In this document: positions 1 to 9,164 of the stretch, piece by piece
Numbering within the stretch: position 1 is the stretch's first letter
How the letters are laid out: each line of letters starts with the position of its first letter
Origin: a virus
Taxonomy: Duplodnaviria > Heunggongvirae > Uroviricota > Caudoviricetes
Reading direction: 5' to 3' (one strand)
DNA: 64,000 bases
Virus record (IMG/VR): IMGVR_UViG_3300006139_000503
Made by a program: the position numbers and the translations under genes
Notes under the pieces: model-generated
Seen by the model: only the letters and a program-made list of their open reading frames with translations
Database searches by the model: none
What the model was told of the DNA's origin: nothing

Positions 1-136
1 GCGGTTGACTGGAAGTATGTGTTATCTGCTTCTGTACTGGCTGGCGTAGTGTCGATGCTTACATCGGTAGCGGGGCTTCCGGAGCTGGAAGAGTAGGGAC
101 GGGAATTTCACATCCGGGAAAGCAGCAAAAAGCATA

Positions 137-165
137 TTGCAAACGTGAAATGCATATGCTATAAT
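137..165 (+). promoter_or_regulatory. Near-consensus sigma-A promoter TTGCAA-17-TATAAT driving a convergent antisense RNA
   Basis: TTGCAA at 137-142, a 17-nt spacer, TATAAT at 160-165. It points toward the 3' end of the minus-strand peptide gene. The conserved box gcatatgcTATAATgccaataggcaaaa recurs, inverted, next to the other two peptide copies. Confidence 0.5.
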
Positions 166-171
166 GCCAAT

Positions 172-250
172 AGGCAAAAGGAAATGACAGTAATCTGTCA
201 TGGATACACAAAGCAAAAACCCCGGAAAGGCACTTCCGGGGTTTTCTTTA
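172..250 (+). ncRNA. Candidate antisense sRNA (putative RNA antitoxin) ending at bidirectional terminator
   Basis: Predicted TSS about 7 nt after TATAAT. Internal hairpin tgacag-taatc-tgtca. It ends at the terminator aaaaaccccggaaaggcacttccggggttttcttt (218-250), which also terminates the convergent peptide mRNA. Confidence 0.35.
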
Positions 251-277
251 TCCCTTTACGGAGGGACAAGACCGAGG

Positions 278-376
278 TTAGTTGTCATTATTACCGTTGT
301 CTAACCATTTGATAATGTAGTGGCAGGCTACATTAACCATGACAGCGGATAAAAAGGAAATAACAAACTCTGTCAA
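278..376 (-). CDS. 32-aa hydrophobic toxin-like peptide (Fst/type I toxin-like), family copy 1, TTG start
   Basis: (M)TEFVISFLSAVMVNVACHYIIKWLDNGNNDN. A TM-like N-terminus is followed by a KW and acidic/polar tail. An SD aaggggg lies about 8 nt upstream. It shares the CHYIIKWLD core with the copies at 33738 and 34260. Confidence 0.45.
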   Translation of the reverse strand: MTEFVISFLSAVMVNVACHYIIKWLDNGNNDN

Positions 377-423
377 TGGACACACCCCCTTTCCGTTGCC
401 GGATTGGGTATGACAACGGAAAC

Positions 424-453
424 AGTATAGCATAAATGTATATGATACGACAA
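424..453 (-). promoter_or_regulatory. Promoter of peptide copy 1 (TTGTCG-18-TGcTATACT, extended -10)
   Basis: On the minus strand: -35 TTGTCG (448-453), extended -10 TGCTATACT (424-432). A 5'UTR hairpin ccgttg...caacgg lies just upstream of the SD. Confidence 0.4.
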
Positions 454-534
454 GAGTATCTGCAAAACAGCACCGCTCAGAAATGGGCGGTGTTTTTTTA
501 GTGCTGCAAAAATGCAGCAAGAAGGGAGAATCGT

Positions 535-1404
535 ATGACATTAAATATTAAAAAGAACTATCTTACAAGGAACAGGTGCTATCAAACAGGGACGCGCTGT
601 AAAAAAATCGGTATTCAGCTCCACACTATCGGCACAGGTCAGGGAACAGCCCAGTCCGTAGCAGATTACTGGAACCAGGGGGCAGTATCAGCATGTGTGC
701 ATTACGTCGTAGACTGCGACACCCCCGGAAAAGTTTTGCAGCTTCTTCCGGAAGATTACCGCAGTTGGGCGGATGCCGGATGGGGGAACAATAACCTGAT
801 TACATTTGAAATCTGCGAATCCGATTATATCCGGTATACAGGCGGGGCAAACTACAATGTTCTGGATGCAGGGAAATTTAAAGCGGATATCCTGCGTGGC
901 TATCAGACGGCGGTGGAACTGTGTGCATCCATCTGTGAGAGATACGGCTGGAATCCACGGGCGAAGCTGCCAAACGGGATGTATTTGATTTCCTCCCACT
1001 ACGAGGGGAATCTGGCGGGGTTATCTTCAAACCACGGTGACCCCGACCATGTTTGGAGACGCTTCGGCCTGACTATGGACGGGTTTAGGAAAGACGTAGA
1101 AAAAGCAATGAAAAAACCGGAGCTGAAACCCGGCATGAAGGTAACGCTGACACAGGATATCGCCATCCGGGACGGCGTTTCAACCAAATCCCAGCAGGCG
1201 GGGTATGTGAAGTATACACAGCTTTCCGCGTCGGCAAAGAAAAAGTGCTGCCGCCTGTCTGGGAATAAAGCCAAGCTCAAAAAAGGAAGTGTGGTGGAGG
1301 TTAAGAAAGTCACCACCGCTTGGGACGGAAGTATCTGGATTCAAATTAAATCCGGTTGGCTTCCGGTTGTAATTAAAGATAAATACCGGATAAAAGCAGT
1401 ATGA
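535..1404 (+). CDS. Phage endolysin: N-acetylmuramoyl-L-alanine amidase (amidase_2/PGRP-like) with C-terminal SH3b cell-wall-binding domain
   Basis: 289-aa ORF. The N-terminal half has the amidase_2 pattern (GTGQGTAQSVADYWNQ ... VHYVVD). The C-terminal ~70 aa fit a bacterial SH3 domain (VVEVKKVTTAWDGSIWIQIKSGWLPV). A rho-independent terminator lies just downstream. Confidence 0.8.
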   Translation: MTLNIKKNYLTRNRCYQTGTRCKKIGIQLHTIGTGQGTAQSVADYWNQGAVSACVHYVVDCDTPGKVLQLLPEDYRSWADAGWGNNNLITFEICESDYIRYTGGANYNVLDAGKFKADILRGYQTAVELCASICERYGWNPRAKLPNGMYLISSHYEGNLAGLSSNHGDPDHVWRRFGLTMDGFRKDVEKAMKKPELKPGMKVTLTQDIAIRDGVSTKSQQAGYVKYTQLSASAKKKCCRLSGNKAKLKKGSVVEVKKVTTAWDGSIWIQIKSGWLPVVIKDKYRIKAV

Positions 1405-1408
1405 GGAG

Positions 1409-1440
1409 AAGGGGCGGCATTACCGCCCCTGCCATTCCTT
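1409..1440. terminator. Bidirectional rho-independent terminator between lysin (+) and RHH gene (-)
   Basis: GC-rich hairpin aggggcgg-cattac-cgcccct followed by a T-run on the plus strand. Genes converge on it from both sides. Confidence 0.6.
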
Positions 1441-1611
1441 TTATGAATTACGTTCTGTATTTTTATGTTCATTCAGCTCTTTGATATACTTCTTTAGAAC
1501 CAGATTAATGTACTGGCTAAGAGGACGGTCGTCCTCTTCTGCGAGGTCTCTTAGTATTAAAATTATATCTGAATCTATAGTGATGCTAATTTTGCTTTTC
1601 AATGGTTTCAT
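1441..1611 (-). CDS. Small ribbon-helix-helix (CopG/ParD-like) DNA-binding protein, 56 aa
   Basis: Hand-translated minus-strand ORF MKPLKSKISITIDSDIILILRDLAEEDDRPLSQYINLVLKKYIKELNEHKNTERNS. It shows a beta-strand then two helices typical of RHH. GGAGG lies 9 nt upstream of the ATG. It is below the 60-aa cutoff of the ORF track. Confidence 0.5.
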   Translation of the reverse strand: MKPLKSKISITIDSDIILILRDLAEEDDRPLSQYINLVLKKYIKELNEHKNTERNS

Positions 1612-1971
1612 AAATATCTACCTCCAATGTACAGTTTTAGAAAATTTGATTACGACATCGTGGGATTGCCAAAACAAGGTTACAACAAAAACGGCCTTGT
1701 GGAAACAGCTATAATAGTAAGAAAATCATTGGAATGAATTGCAGTTTACTACACCAACGCTATAATCGCCTCATTTACGCGTATTTGTATGTAGATAATG
1801 GGAATTGTATCAGAGGCATAAAAATGCCTATATAGGCTTATAAAACCTCTCAGAACGGCTCTCTGTGGTAGAATCAGGAATATTATTTCACGTATTGACA
1901 GCGTTAAAGTATACGCATATACTAAAAGCAGAACAGATATACGATATCAATTCTGAAAGGAGTCGAGAATC

Positions 1972-2406
1972 ATGGCATGTGTATTTGATGTAGCAAAATA
2001 CATCCTTTGTCAATGTGGGAAAATGAGCACATGGAAACTCCAAAAGTTGTGTTACTATGCACAGGCGTGGCATCTTGCGTGGACAGGTAATCCCATCTTC
2101 GCAGAAGATTTTCAGGCGTGGTCAAATGGCCCGGTATGCCCTGAATTATTCCATGCGCATCAGGGGAAATTCTCTGTTGATATACAAGATATCATTAAAG
2201 GAGACGATAACAGCCTGAACGACGACGAAAAAGAATCAATTGATATCGTCCTTAATGGATACGCAGGCAGAGAACCTTATGACTTAAGGGAACAGACTCA
2301 TGAAGAATCGCCCTGGAAAGATGCAAGAGGTGATTTACCGGATGGTGCACGATGCCAGAACGTAATCACTAAATCTTCTATGGGGGAATACTATGGAAGC
2401 TTATAA
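1972..2406 (+). CDS. Panacea-domain (DUF4065) protein, SocA/PanA-like antitoxin
   Basis: The DUF4065 signature is clear: KLQKLCYYAQAWHLAWTGNPIFAEDFQAWSNGPVCPELF. 144 aa. The next ORF follows 4 bp downstream, giving a TA-like bicistron. Confidence 0.7.
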   Translation: MACVFDVAKYILCQCGKMSTWKLQKLCYYAQAWHLAWTGNPIFAEDFQAWSNGPVCPELFHAHQGKFSVDIQDIIKGDDNSLNDDEKESIDIVLNGYAGREPYDLREQTHEESPWKDARGDLPDGARCQNVITKSSMGEYYGSL

Positions 2407-2409
2407 TCT

Positions 2410-2862
2410 ATGGCAAAGAAAATTTTAAAACAAAACAGAAAGCGCCATGAAAAGAAGATATCAGGCGAAATCAAAAACACTGATAGAGAGTGTCCCGTAT
2501 GGGTATTTACAGATATAGACCGTTCAGGTAAGTTTGCATTTGATTTATCCCGGGATGATTTTGAACATAAAGAAGTTCTTGAAAAGATGATTCATTATTC
2601 AAATATGACTTGGGCTGACATCAAAAAACAAACACATGATAATGGGAAATCAAAGCATCATTTAATAGATTACGAGAAAATGTCTAAAGATGCGCAAGAC
2701 AGACTAAAAGCAAAACATATGGAAGATGACAGCGACAGCATGTTCTCATTTGCTTTTAGAAACCTTTTGCGCATTATTGGAATTCGCAGAGGAAGAATGT
2801 TTCATATTCTCTGGTATGACCCTCTTCATGAGATATGCCCTTCTCAGAAGAAACACACATAA
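2410..2862 (+). CDS. Putative toxin partner of the Panacea-domain antitoxin (unknown family)
   Basis: 150-aa ORF only 4 bp after the DUF4065 gene. It is basic and lysine-rich, and I recognise no domain. The C-terminal stretch RIIGIRRGRMFHILWYDPLHE loosely resembles RelE/ParE-type C-termini. Confidence 0.4.
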   Translation: MAKKILKQNRKRHEKKISGEIKNTDRECPVWVFTDIDRSGKFAFDLSRDDFEHKEVLEKMIHYSNMTWADIKKQTHDNGKSKHHLIDYEKMSKDAQDRLKAKHMEDDSDSMFSFAFRNLLRIIGIRRGRMFHILWYDPLHEICPSQKKHT

Positions 2863-3010
2863 GTTCCATAAATAATAGCATACAATCATCCGGTATCTAC
2901 AATAGGTGGCGGATGTTTTTTGTTTCACCTTTGTACCTATTCACATTCCAGTAATCCATGCGTACAAATTTCATTGTTTGCTGGACACACTTTTCACCAG
3001 GAGGAATAAT

Positions 3011-3286
3011 ATGTATAGAATTATGATTGTAACTTCTCACCGGAACAACTATGAGTCTTTGTATAAGTATTTGACAACTACTGTCGACGGGGTTGTTACT
3101 CCGGTCGAAATCGAGACAAAAGAACAGCTTGATGCAAGAATCGAAAAAATGCTGAATGAGGACGGATATGCAAAAAAAGATTTCATCGTAGTACAGGTCG
3201 TTGATTATTCTATCGACGCTACAAACTATACGGACGACGAACCTGCTCCAGACGATTCTACTACGGATACCCAAGAGACTGAATAA
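3011..3286 (+). CDS. Hypothetical small acidic protein
   Basis: Internal ATG (MYRIMIV...) of track ORF 2906..3286 with AGGAGG 7 nt upstream. Acidic C-terminal tail. A terminator follows. Confidence 0.4.
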   Translation: MYRIMIVTSHRNNYESLYKYLTTTVDGVVTPVEIETKEQLDARIEKMLNEDGYAKKDFIVVQVVDYSIDATNYTDDEPAPDDSTTDTQETE

Positions 3287-3324
3287 TACAGACCGTGCTA
3301 GAAATATAGCGTCGGGGCAAATAA

Positions 3325-3362
3325 GAAGGCAGATTAGCGTATAGGCTAGTCTGCCTTTTTTT
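3325..3362. terminator. Bidirectional terminator between convergent genes
   Basis: Hairpin ggcagattag...ctagtctgcc followed by T9. It sits between the plus-strand ORF ending at 3286 and the minus-strand ORF ending at 3370. Confidence 0.55.
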
Positions 3363-3369
3363 TAGCGAA

Positions 3370-5082
3370 TTAGCAAAGTGCTTCCTTTTTCCCAAATCGT
3401 ACCTCACAGTCTTTCCGGAAAAACGACACCCCATAACAGTCTATGTTCCGATACCCCTCTGTGCGAAGCTCTTCCCTATATCTTTTTTCATATATCTGCT
3501 GCAATGCCTTTTCTGCATCGCTCTCCAAATCATCAATAGAATCTGATACCTTGACTTCCAGAACAAATGACCTGCCCCGCAAAGAAGGGCTTCTCACCAT
3601 AATATCAGACCTCCCGTACCCCGATTCCCGGTTGGATTTAACCAGATAATTTTCACTCTGACTTAAAATGCCAGTAAGAAATCCATGATAAAAATTTTCT
3701 GCGCTATCGTAAAAGCTAATGGTATAAGCAAGCTGCTCAGTCAGTATATTTGTCATCCTCTTCGCATTTCCATCTTCCAGTGCCTGGTACAAATCATGAA
3801 AGTTTTGTTTCTTTATTGTATTCTTAAACCAATTAAGAATCGTGTTCTGATAGACCGTCTTCACTTCTATATTCGGAATTCGTGCCCGTAAAAAAACTGA
3901 TGTCTCTTCGAAATATTCGCTTTCCTTCGTCAGATACCCCGTAAAGTAAAGAAAATTCCACAAATTCTCATCACTGCTGTACATGTCCCCATAAGTGACT
4001 TCCTCATGAACCTGGATATCAAGAGTCTTTCCGCTCAAGAGCGCTTCAATCTGCCCCTTCGTTTCCCTATCAGCCTTGGCTATCATATCTTTAATAATAT
4101 CATTTGAACTGGTATTAATCCAATATGGACGCGGAAATGCGTTGACGTCCGAATATAAATCATATAAAAACTTAATAACACTCCACGGGTTGTAAACCTC
4201 TGTATCTCCAAATAAATATCCGTCATACCATTCTTTCATTGTCGAAAAGCGGCTTTCTACTTCATAATAGGACATCATTTGGCTCACTTCTGATTCTGTA
4301 AATCCAAAATGCTCACTGTACTTTTTATCAAGCACAGAAATAATGTTCAGATGATTCAACCCGGTAAATATACTCTCTTTTGAAATCCTCAGGCACCCAG
4401 TAATAACCGCAAACTGCAAATACTGATTTGTCTTTAAGGCAGCTTCAAACAACGAACGGATAAAGCTGACCATCTTTTCATAAAAGCCTCTAAAATATGC
4501 ATTTTCTAATGGCACGTCGTACTCGTCAATTAGAATAACTGTATTCTTGCCAGTAATTTTGTACATACATTGGCAGAAAAGCCGCAAAGAATTTCTTATT
4601 GCTTTTTCCTCACCCTGCCCCTCCGCAATATCAGTATACTCTTTATATTCTTTGTTGGATAGACATTCTTTCCCGACTTCTATAATGCTCCTGTGCCTTT
4701 CAAACTCCGTGCTAACTGCATTTTGTATCATGTAATAAGCCATATCGTAGTTTTCCTGTTTCGCCGATTTCAAAGTCAGCTCAAACACAGAATACATTCC
4801 CATCTGGTTTGTGTAGCTTTCCCCGGCTTCCATAATCTTCATCCCCTGAAAAAGTTCTCTATTTTGCTCATTTCTTTTTTCGTTCCCGGTATCCTCAAAA
4901 AAATATCGGAGCATACTCATATTTAATGTTTTTCCAAAACGTCTTGGACGTGTAAATAGGTTCACTTCCCCTTTCAAATCAAGTAATTCCTTAATCAGCA
5001 TAGTCTTATCGACATAACAATAGCCATCTCTTATTATCTTCTCGAAATTGTCAACACCTACCGGCAATGGCTTCCTCATCAT
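3370..5082 (-). CDS. AAA-ATPase-like / PD-(D/E)XK (DUF1703, PDDEXK_9) family protein
   Basis: The N-terminal region [13 protein letters not shown]...[21 protein letters not shown] is the hallmark of the predicted AAA-ATPase-like family with a C-terminal PD-(D/E)XK module. 570 aa. Confidence 0.75.
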   Translation of the reverse strand: MMRKPLPVGVDNFEKIIRDGYCYVDKTMLIKELLDLKGEVNLFTRPRRFGKTLNMSMLRYFFEDTGNEKRNEQNRELFQGMKIMEAGESYTNQMGMYSVFELTLKSAKQENYDMAYYMIQNAVSTEFERHRSIIEVGKECLSNKEYKEYTDIAEGQGEEKAIRNSLRLFCQCMYKITGKNTVILIDEYDVPLENAYFRGFYEKMVSFIRSLFEAALKTNQYLQFAVITGCLRISKESIFTGLNHLNIISVLDKKYSEHFGFTESEVSQMMSYYEVESRFSTMKEWYDGYLFGDTEVYNPWSVIKFLYDLYSDVNAFPRPYWINTSSNDIIKDMIAKADRETKGQIEALLSGKTLDIQVHEEVTYGDMYSSDENLWNFLYFTGYLTKESEYFEETSVFLRARIPNIEVKTVYQNTILNWFKNTIKKQNFHDLYQALEDGNAKRMTNILTEQLAYTISFYDSAENFYHGFLTGILSQSENYLVKSNRESGYGRSDIMVRSPSLRGRSFVLEVKVSDSIDDLESDAEKALQQIYEKRYREELRTEGYRNIDCYGVSFFRKDCEVRFGKKEALC

Positions 5083-5151
5083 CCTACCTCCATTTCATAC
5101 CGTTTTCTATACCACATCCTACATCTCTTCGTTTTGCAAATGCGCTTGTTT

Positions 5152-6855
5152 CTATACAGCCTCATACTGACCGCCCCCAATCAATACCTGTTTCCCTTGG
5201 AACGCAAACCCATACTTCCGAATTTTCTCTTTAGGGATTCCCTTCTCTATCAACGATACCTCATACTGTTTCCTGTCTATCTGTTTTAAAGCTTCCTGCA
5301 CAGTATCAGAAAGTTCCTTCTCATCCTCTGAATCCCGCACCTTAAACTCCAGAATGATTGCATCATCGCCTTTTTCCCTAGGCTCCAGCATCACATCATA
5401 CCGTCCGAAACCACTTTCACGGTTCGAAGTCAGGATATATCGGTCAGTCAAATCCACCATCAACCCTAGGACAAAACCATGATAGAAACGCTCAGGCTCT
5501 TCCTCTGAGGGCTTTTTCCCAGTATCAAAATAACTAAACGTTGCCAATGCTACTTTGTTCATATATACATTCATTGCCTTCAAATCATTTACTAAAAGTG
5601 CATTAATGAAATCATTGTAACTATCACTGTATTCTGTAAACCAGTCTTGAATCATCCCTTCAAACATAATCTTCACTTCTTTATTTGTTAATGCTAGATA
5701 ATAATAAACCCTCCCTGTGCGCTCTACAAATTCCGTCCTAACCGCTTTCAGATAGCCGCTTGCCAGCAGGAGGCTCCAGATAGTACTTTCTTTTCCTGTA
5801 AGCTGGTCATATAGAATTTGTTCGTCTATCTGCGCCTTTAGGATTCCCCCTTGCAACATCCGTTCAAATTCCTGCTTTACTTTTTTATTCCCCTCACGCA
5901 AAAGCTTCCCGGCCAGACTGTTAGAACTGGTATTTGCCCAGTATGGCCGAAATTGTCTCGTATCCAGCAAATTGATAATAGACCACGGATTGTAAATGTC
6001 TGTCAGACTGCCAAAAGTAAACCCGTCATACCAGCTTTTTACATCCTGTTTCTTATTCGACAAACCATATTCATCCAGTGCCGCAAATACTTCCTCCTCT
6101 GTAAATCCGAAACTGTCTACATATTCCTCCGAAGTGGTAGTCACCACTTTCAGGTTATTTAAGTCAGAAAAGATTGACTCTTTACTAACTCTTGTTATCC
6201 CCGTCATCACTGCACGTTCCAAGTATGGGTTCGTCTTAAATGTAGAATTAAACAAACTCCTTGTAAACTCGGCAAGCTCGTTCCAATACCCATTCACATA
6301 GGCTTCCTGCATAGGCGTATCATACTCGTCTAAAAGAATAATCACTTTCTCCCCGTAATAGCGGTACAGATAATCAGAAAGCATTTTTAAAGAAAGAGTC
6401 GCCATATAATCTTCCATCTCAGCAGAAATTCTGCAGAAATCTTCTTTTTCTCTGCTGTTGAGCATATCTCCCTCAAGCAAAAAATCAAACTTGTTATATA
6501 ATAACTGGATAATCTTACAAATCTTTTTCCGCGCTCCCAAAAATGTTGTTTCCTTCACATCAGAAAAACTAAGTGCTATAACTGGATACTTCCCCTGCAA
6601 TTCCCTGTACTTCCCCTCTTGCCATATAAACAGCCCCTCAAACAAGTCACCCCGGCCTACATATTTTACAGAAAAGAATTGTTCCAACATGCTCATATTC
6701 AATGTCTTCCCAAATCTTCTCGGTCGGGTAATTAGAGTTACACTATCCCCTCTTTCCCACCATTCATGAATGAATGCTGTTTTATCTACATAAAAATAAT
6801 TTTCTTTCCGAATCGTCTCAAAATCCTGATGTCCTATTCCTACTGTCCTTAGCAT
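5152..6855 (-). CDS. AAA-ATPase-like / PD-(D/E)XK (DUF1703) paralog
   Basis: Same family signature (FYVDKTAFIHEWW...[21 protein letters not shown]). The likely start is the internal ATG (MLRTVGIG) with AGAGGTGG 5 nt upstream. It lies in tandem with the paralog at 3370..5082. Confidence 0.7.
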   Translation of the reverse strand: MLRTVGIGHQDFETIRKENYFYVDKTAFIHEWWERGDSVTLITRPRRFGKTLNMSMLEQFFSVKYVGRGDLFEGLFIWQEGKYRELQGKYPVIALSFSDVKETTFLGARKKICKIIQLLYNKFDFLLEGDMLNSREKEDFCRISAEMEDYMATLSLKMLSDYLYRYYGEKVIILLDEYDTPMQEAYVNGYWNELAEFTRSLFNSTFKTNPYLERAVMTGITRVSKESIFSDLNNLKVVTTTSEEYVDSFGFTEEEVFAALDEYGLSNKKQDVKSWYDGFTFGSLTDIYNPWSIINLLDTRQFRPYWANTSSNSLAGKLLREGNKKVKQEFERMLQGGILKAQIDEQILYDQLTGKESTIWSLLLASGYLKAVRTEFVERTGRVYYYLALTNKEVKIMFEGMIQDWFTEYSDSYNDFINALLVNDLKAMNVYMNKVALATFSYFDTGKKPSEEEPERFYHGFVLGLMVDLTDRYILTSNRESGFGRYDVMLEPREKGDDAIILEFKVRDSEDEKELSDTVQEALKQIDRKQYEVSLIEKGIPKEKIRKYGFAFQGKQVLIGGGQYEAV

Positions 6856-6974
6856 ATAAACCACCTCTTTCCCTGCTCCTTTAAAACTTATACCCATTTT
6901 ACAGTATCCCCAAACAAAATGCAATTAGATAAAGCCCTGAGGATTTTCCGCCTCAGAGCTTATATATTTACTGC

Positions 6975-8552
6975 CTATTTGATTCTCCATATTAACCGTT
7001 CTATTTTGTTACTCCTGTATGTACAGGAGTCACTAATCAGAACGTTCTTGCTCAGCCCTAAGTCGCCTAACACCCGCATATAAATATCAATATTCCCTTC
7101 CTTATCCACTTCTATCTTTTGAATAATCTGCTTTAGCTGTTCATTAGTCATATCACGGACTGAAGTAATATCTTCCATATTTTTAAACGTTTTCTGTATA
7201 ATGTTCTCCAACTGGCTGCCCTTGTCCAGATTGTGCTCCACTAGCTTCAAGTCATTTTCCAGCCGCTCTATCTCTTTTTTCGTCCCGCCAATTCTCTTAT
7301 TCAGCTCTTCACGGCTAATCAGGTCATCCATATACATATCCATATACTTCTGGCGGGTTTTCCTCAACTTCGTCAGGCTATCCTCTAACTCTTTTCTGTA
7401 GTTTACATTTTCATCCTTCTCTTTATAAATTTTTGAAAACTCCTTCACCAAATACTCGGTAACTTTCTTCTTCGATTTCAGCATTTGGGCGAAGTAGCAC
7501 TCCAGCTCCAGAATCAACTCCTCTTCATCCAGCGTTACAGCATTTGGACAGCTATCTACCCCCTTACCATTACGCCCGGAACATACCCAGCGGACATAGG
7601 TATTTTTATATGTACGAGCTGTTCGCCGGAATGACCATCCGCATTCCTTACATTTAATTAATGTACTAAATAGGTATTTATTGCTCTGCCTCTCCCTATT
7701 CATACGGAAAGCCCTATGCCTGCCCGTTAAAATTTCCTGCGCTTTGTCAAACTGTTCTTGTTGGATAATGCACAAATCCGGCCTGTCTGTCACCAGCCAC
7801 TCTGCCTCATCCTTATCCTTTCTTTCTCCTGTTAGAAAATCTGCCACTTCCTGCTTCCCATTGATGATTTTCCCTGTATAAAGCTCGTTTGTCAAAATCC
7901 TACATATGGCGTTCTGGCTCCAGCGGCTATTCCGCTTTGTCCTAGACCCTCTTTCATTTAACATGCTTGCAATTTTTGACGCGCCATAACCGCCTTCCGT
8001 ATACCAGTCGTAAATCTGGTGGATAATCCTTTCCTCTTCTTTGTTGATTTTCATGTCGAAATATTCTCCGGAAATTTTATCATAGCCGTAGACAATATTC
8101 GGGACTCTGCCTTTTTCCGCATTCATTTTCTTTCCAAACTTAATACGCTTTGAAGTATTTGCGCTTTCCTCCTGCGCCAGCGCCCCAAAAATAGTCAGAA
8201 CAAACTCCGACTGCCCTAACACGGTCATATTGGCTGTAAGAAACGTCATCTCAATCCCCAATGCCTTTAATGTACGGACGCTCTGTAGCAAATCCACCGT
8301 GTTTCGTGCAAATCTGGAGATATCCTTGACTACTACCATATCAAACATGCCACGCTTCGAGTCCTCCATGAGCTGTTGGAATTCTTTTCGATTCTTGATT
8401 TTTGTACCGGAAATCCCTTCATCCGCATATACTCTTACGAGCTTGTGGCCATTTTTTTCTGTATACTCCTGGAAAAATTTCTTCTGCGTTTCAAGGCTGT
8501 TTATCTGGTCACTTTTATCCGTAGACACCCTACAGTAAGCAGCTATATTCAT
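6975..8552 (-). CDS. Large serine recombinase (phage integrase/resolvase family)
   Basis: N-terminal resolvase catalytic domain (AAYCRVSTDKSDQ...SLETQ...YADEGISG...DMVVVKDISRFARN). A long C-terminal recombinase/zinc-ribbon/coiled-coil extension follows. 525 aa. Confidence 0.85.
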   Translation of the reverse strand: MNIAAYCRVSTDKSDQINSLETQKKFFQEYTEKNGHKLVRVYADEGISGTKIKNRKEFQQLMEDSKRGMFDMVVVKDISRFARNTVDLLQSVRTLKALGIEMTFLTANMTVLGQSEFVLTIFGALAQEESANTSKRIKFGKKMNAEKGRVPNIVYGYDKISGEYFDMKINKEEERIIHQIYDWYTEGGYGASKIASMLNERGSRTKRNSRWSQNAICRILTNELYTGKIINGKQEVADFLTGERKDKDEAEWLVTDRPDLCIIQQEQFDKAQEILTGRHRAFRMNRERQSNKYLFSTLIKCKECGWSFRRTARTYKNTYVRWVCSGRNGKGVDSCPNAVTLDEEELILELECYFAQMLKSKKKVTEYLVKEFSKIYKEKDENVNYRKELEDSLTKLRKTRQKYMDMYMDDLISREELNKRIGGTKKEIERLENDLKLVEHNLDKGSQLENIIQKTFKNMEDITSVRDMTNEQLKQIIQKIEVDKEGNIDIYMRVLGDLGLSKNVLISDSCTYRSNKIERLIWRIK

Positions 8553-8680
8553 ATCTGTATACCTTTCTATTTATTTTGTCGCACTCTGTCACTGCTTGTA
8601 TTGTAAGCTACGTAAACAAAAAAAGCAAGAGAGAATTGGATAAACGCTCTCTCCTGCTCTGTAAGCTAACCTTTTATCTC

Positions 8681-9139
8681 CTAAAATCTATTCACTTCCT
8701 TTAAATATTCTGTAGCCTTTTCATTAGCAGATTTGAAATCAACTTGGGGCAATACTTCTTCAATGTAATCTTTTAGGGAAATTTTTTTACTATTAATCTT
8801 TATCTCGATATCTGTCTTTTTCGTTAAGTTTCCGTTACTTAATTTGTCCAACACAATTATACACTGTGCCTTCTCTTCATCACCAATTCTATCAAATATA
8901 TTAAGTAACTCCAGTGATTCTTTAGCTCTTTCGCTACTTCTTTCTTCGATTTCCTTTTTGTACTCTTCTTCACTTTTAAATTTTTTACCTTCTTGTTTAA
9001 TCAAATTCTTTTGAGATTGCTTTAAACATAGTTCATACGCTTTCCCCATTAATTCTTTTTGATAATCATCATCCAATTTTGAAAACAGCATTATCAATTC
9101 TTTTACTTTATCAGGATTAATATTCATCTCATTCCCCAT
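8681..9139 (-). CDS. Hypothetical coiled-coil protein in AT-rich cassette
   Basis: 152-aa ORF rich in K/E with no recognisable domain. It lies in a markedly AT-rich segment next to the recombinase gene. Confidence 0.4.
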   Translation of the reverse strand: MGNEMNINPDKVKELIMLFSKLDDDYQKELMGKAYELCLKQSQKNLIKQEGKKFKSEEEYKKEIEERSSERAKESLELLNIFDRIGDEEKAQCIIVLDKLSNGNLTKKTDIEIKINSKKISLKDYIEEVLPQVDFKSANEKATEYLKEVNRF

Positions 9140-9164
9140 TATAAAAAAACAACACTTTACTAAT

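Noticed and set aside
22-541. Track ORFs 22..216 (-, 64 aa) and 278..541 (-, 87 aa) as protein-coding genes
   Set aside because: They overlay the promoter, terminator and antisense-RNA region of the toxin-peptide module. Only the last 32 codons of 278..541 (from the TTG with an SD) look like a real gene. The conserved nucleotide box explains the similarity of 22..216 to other loci.
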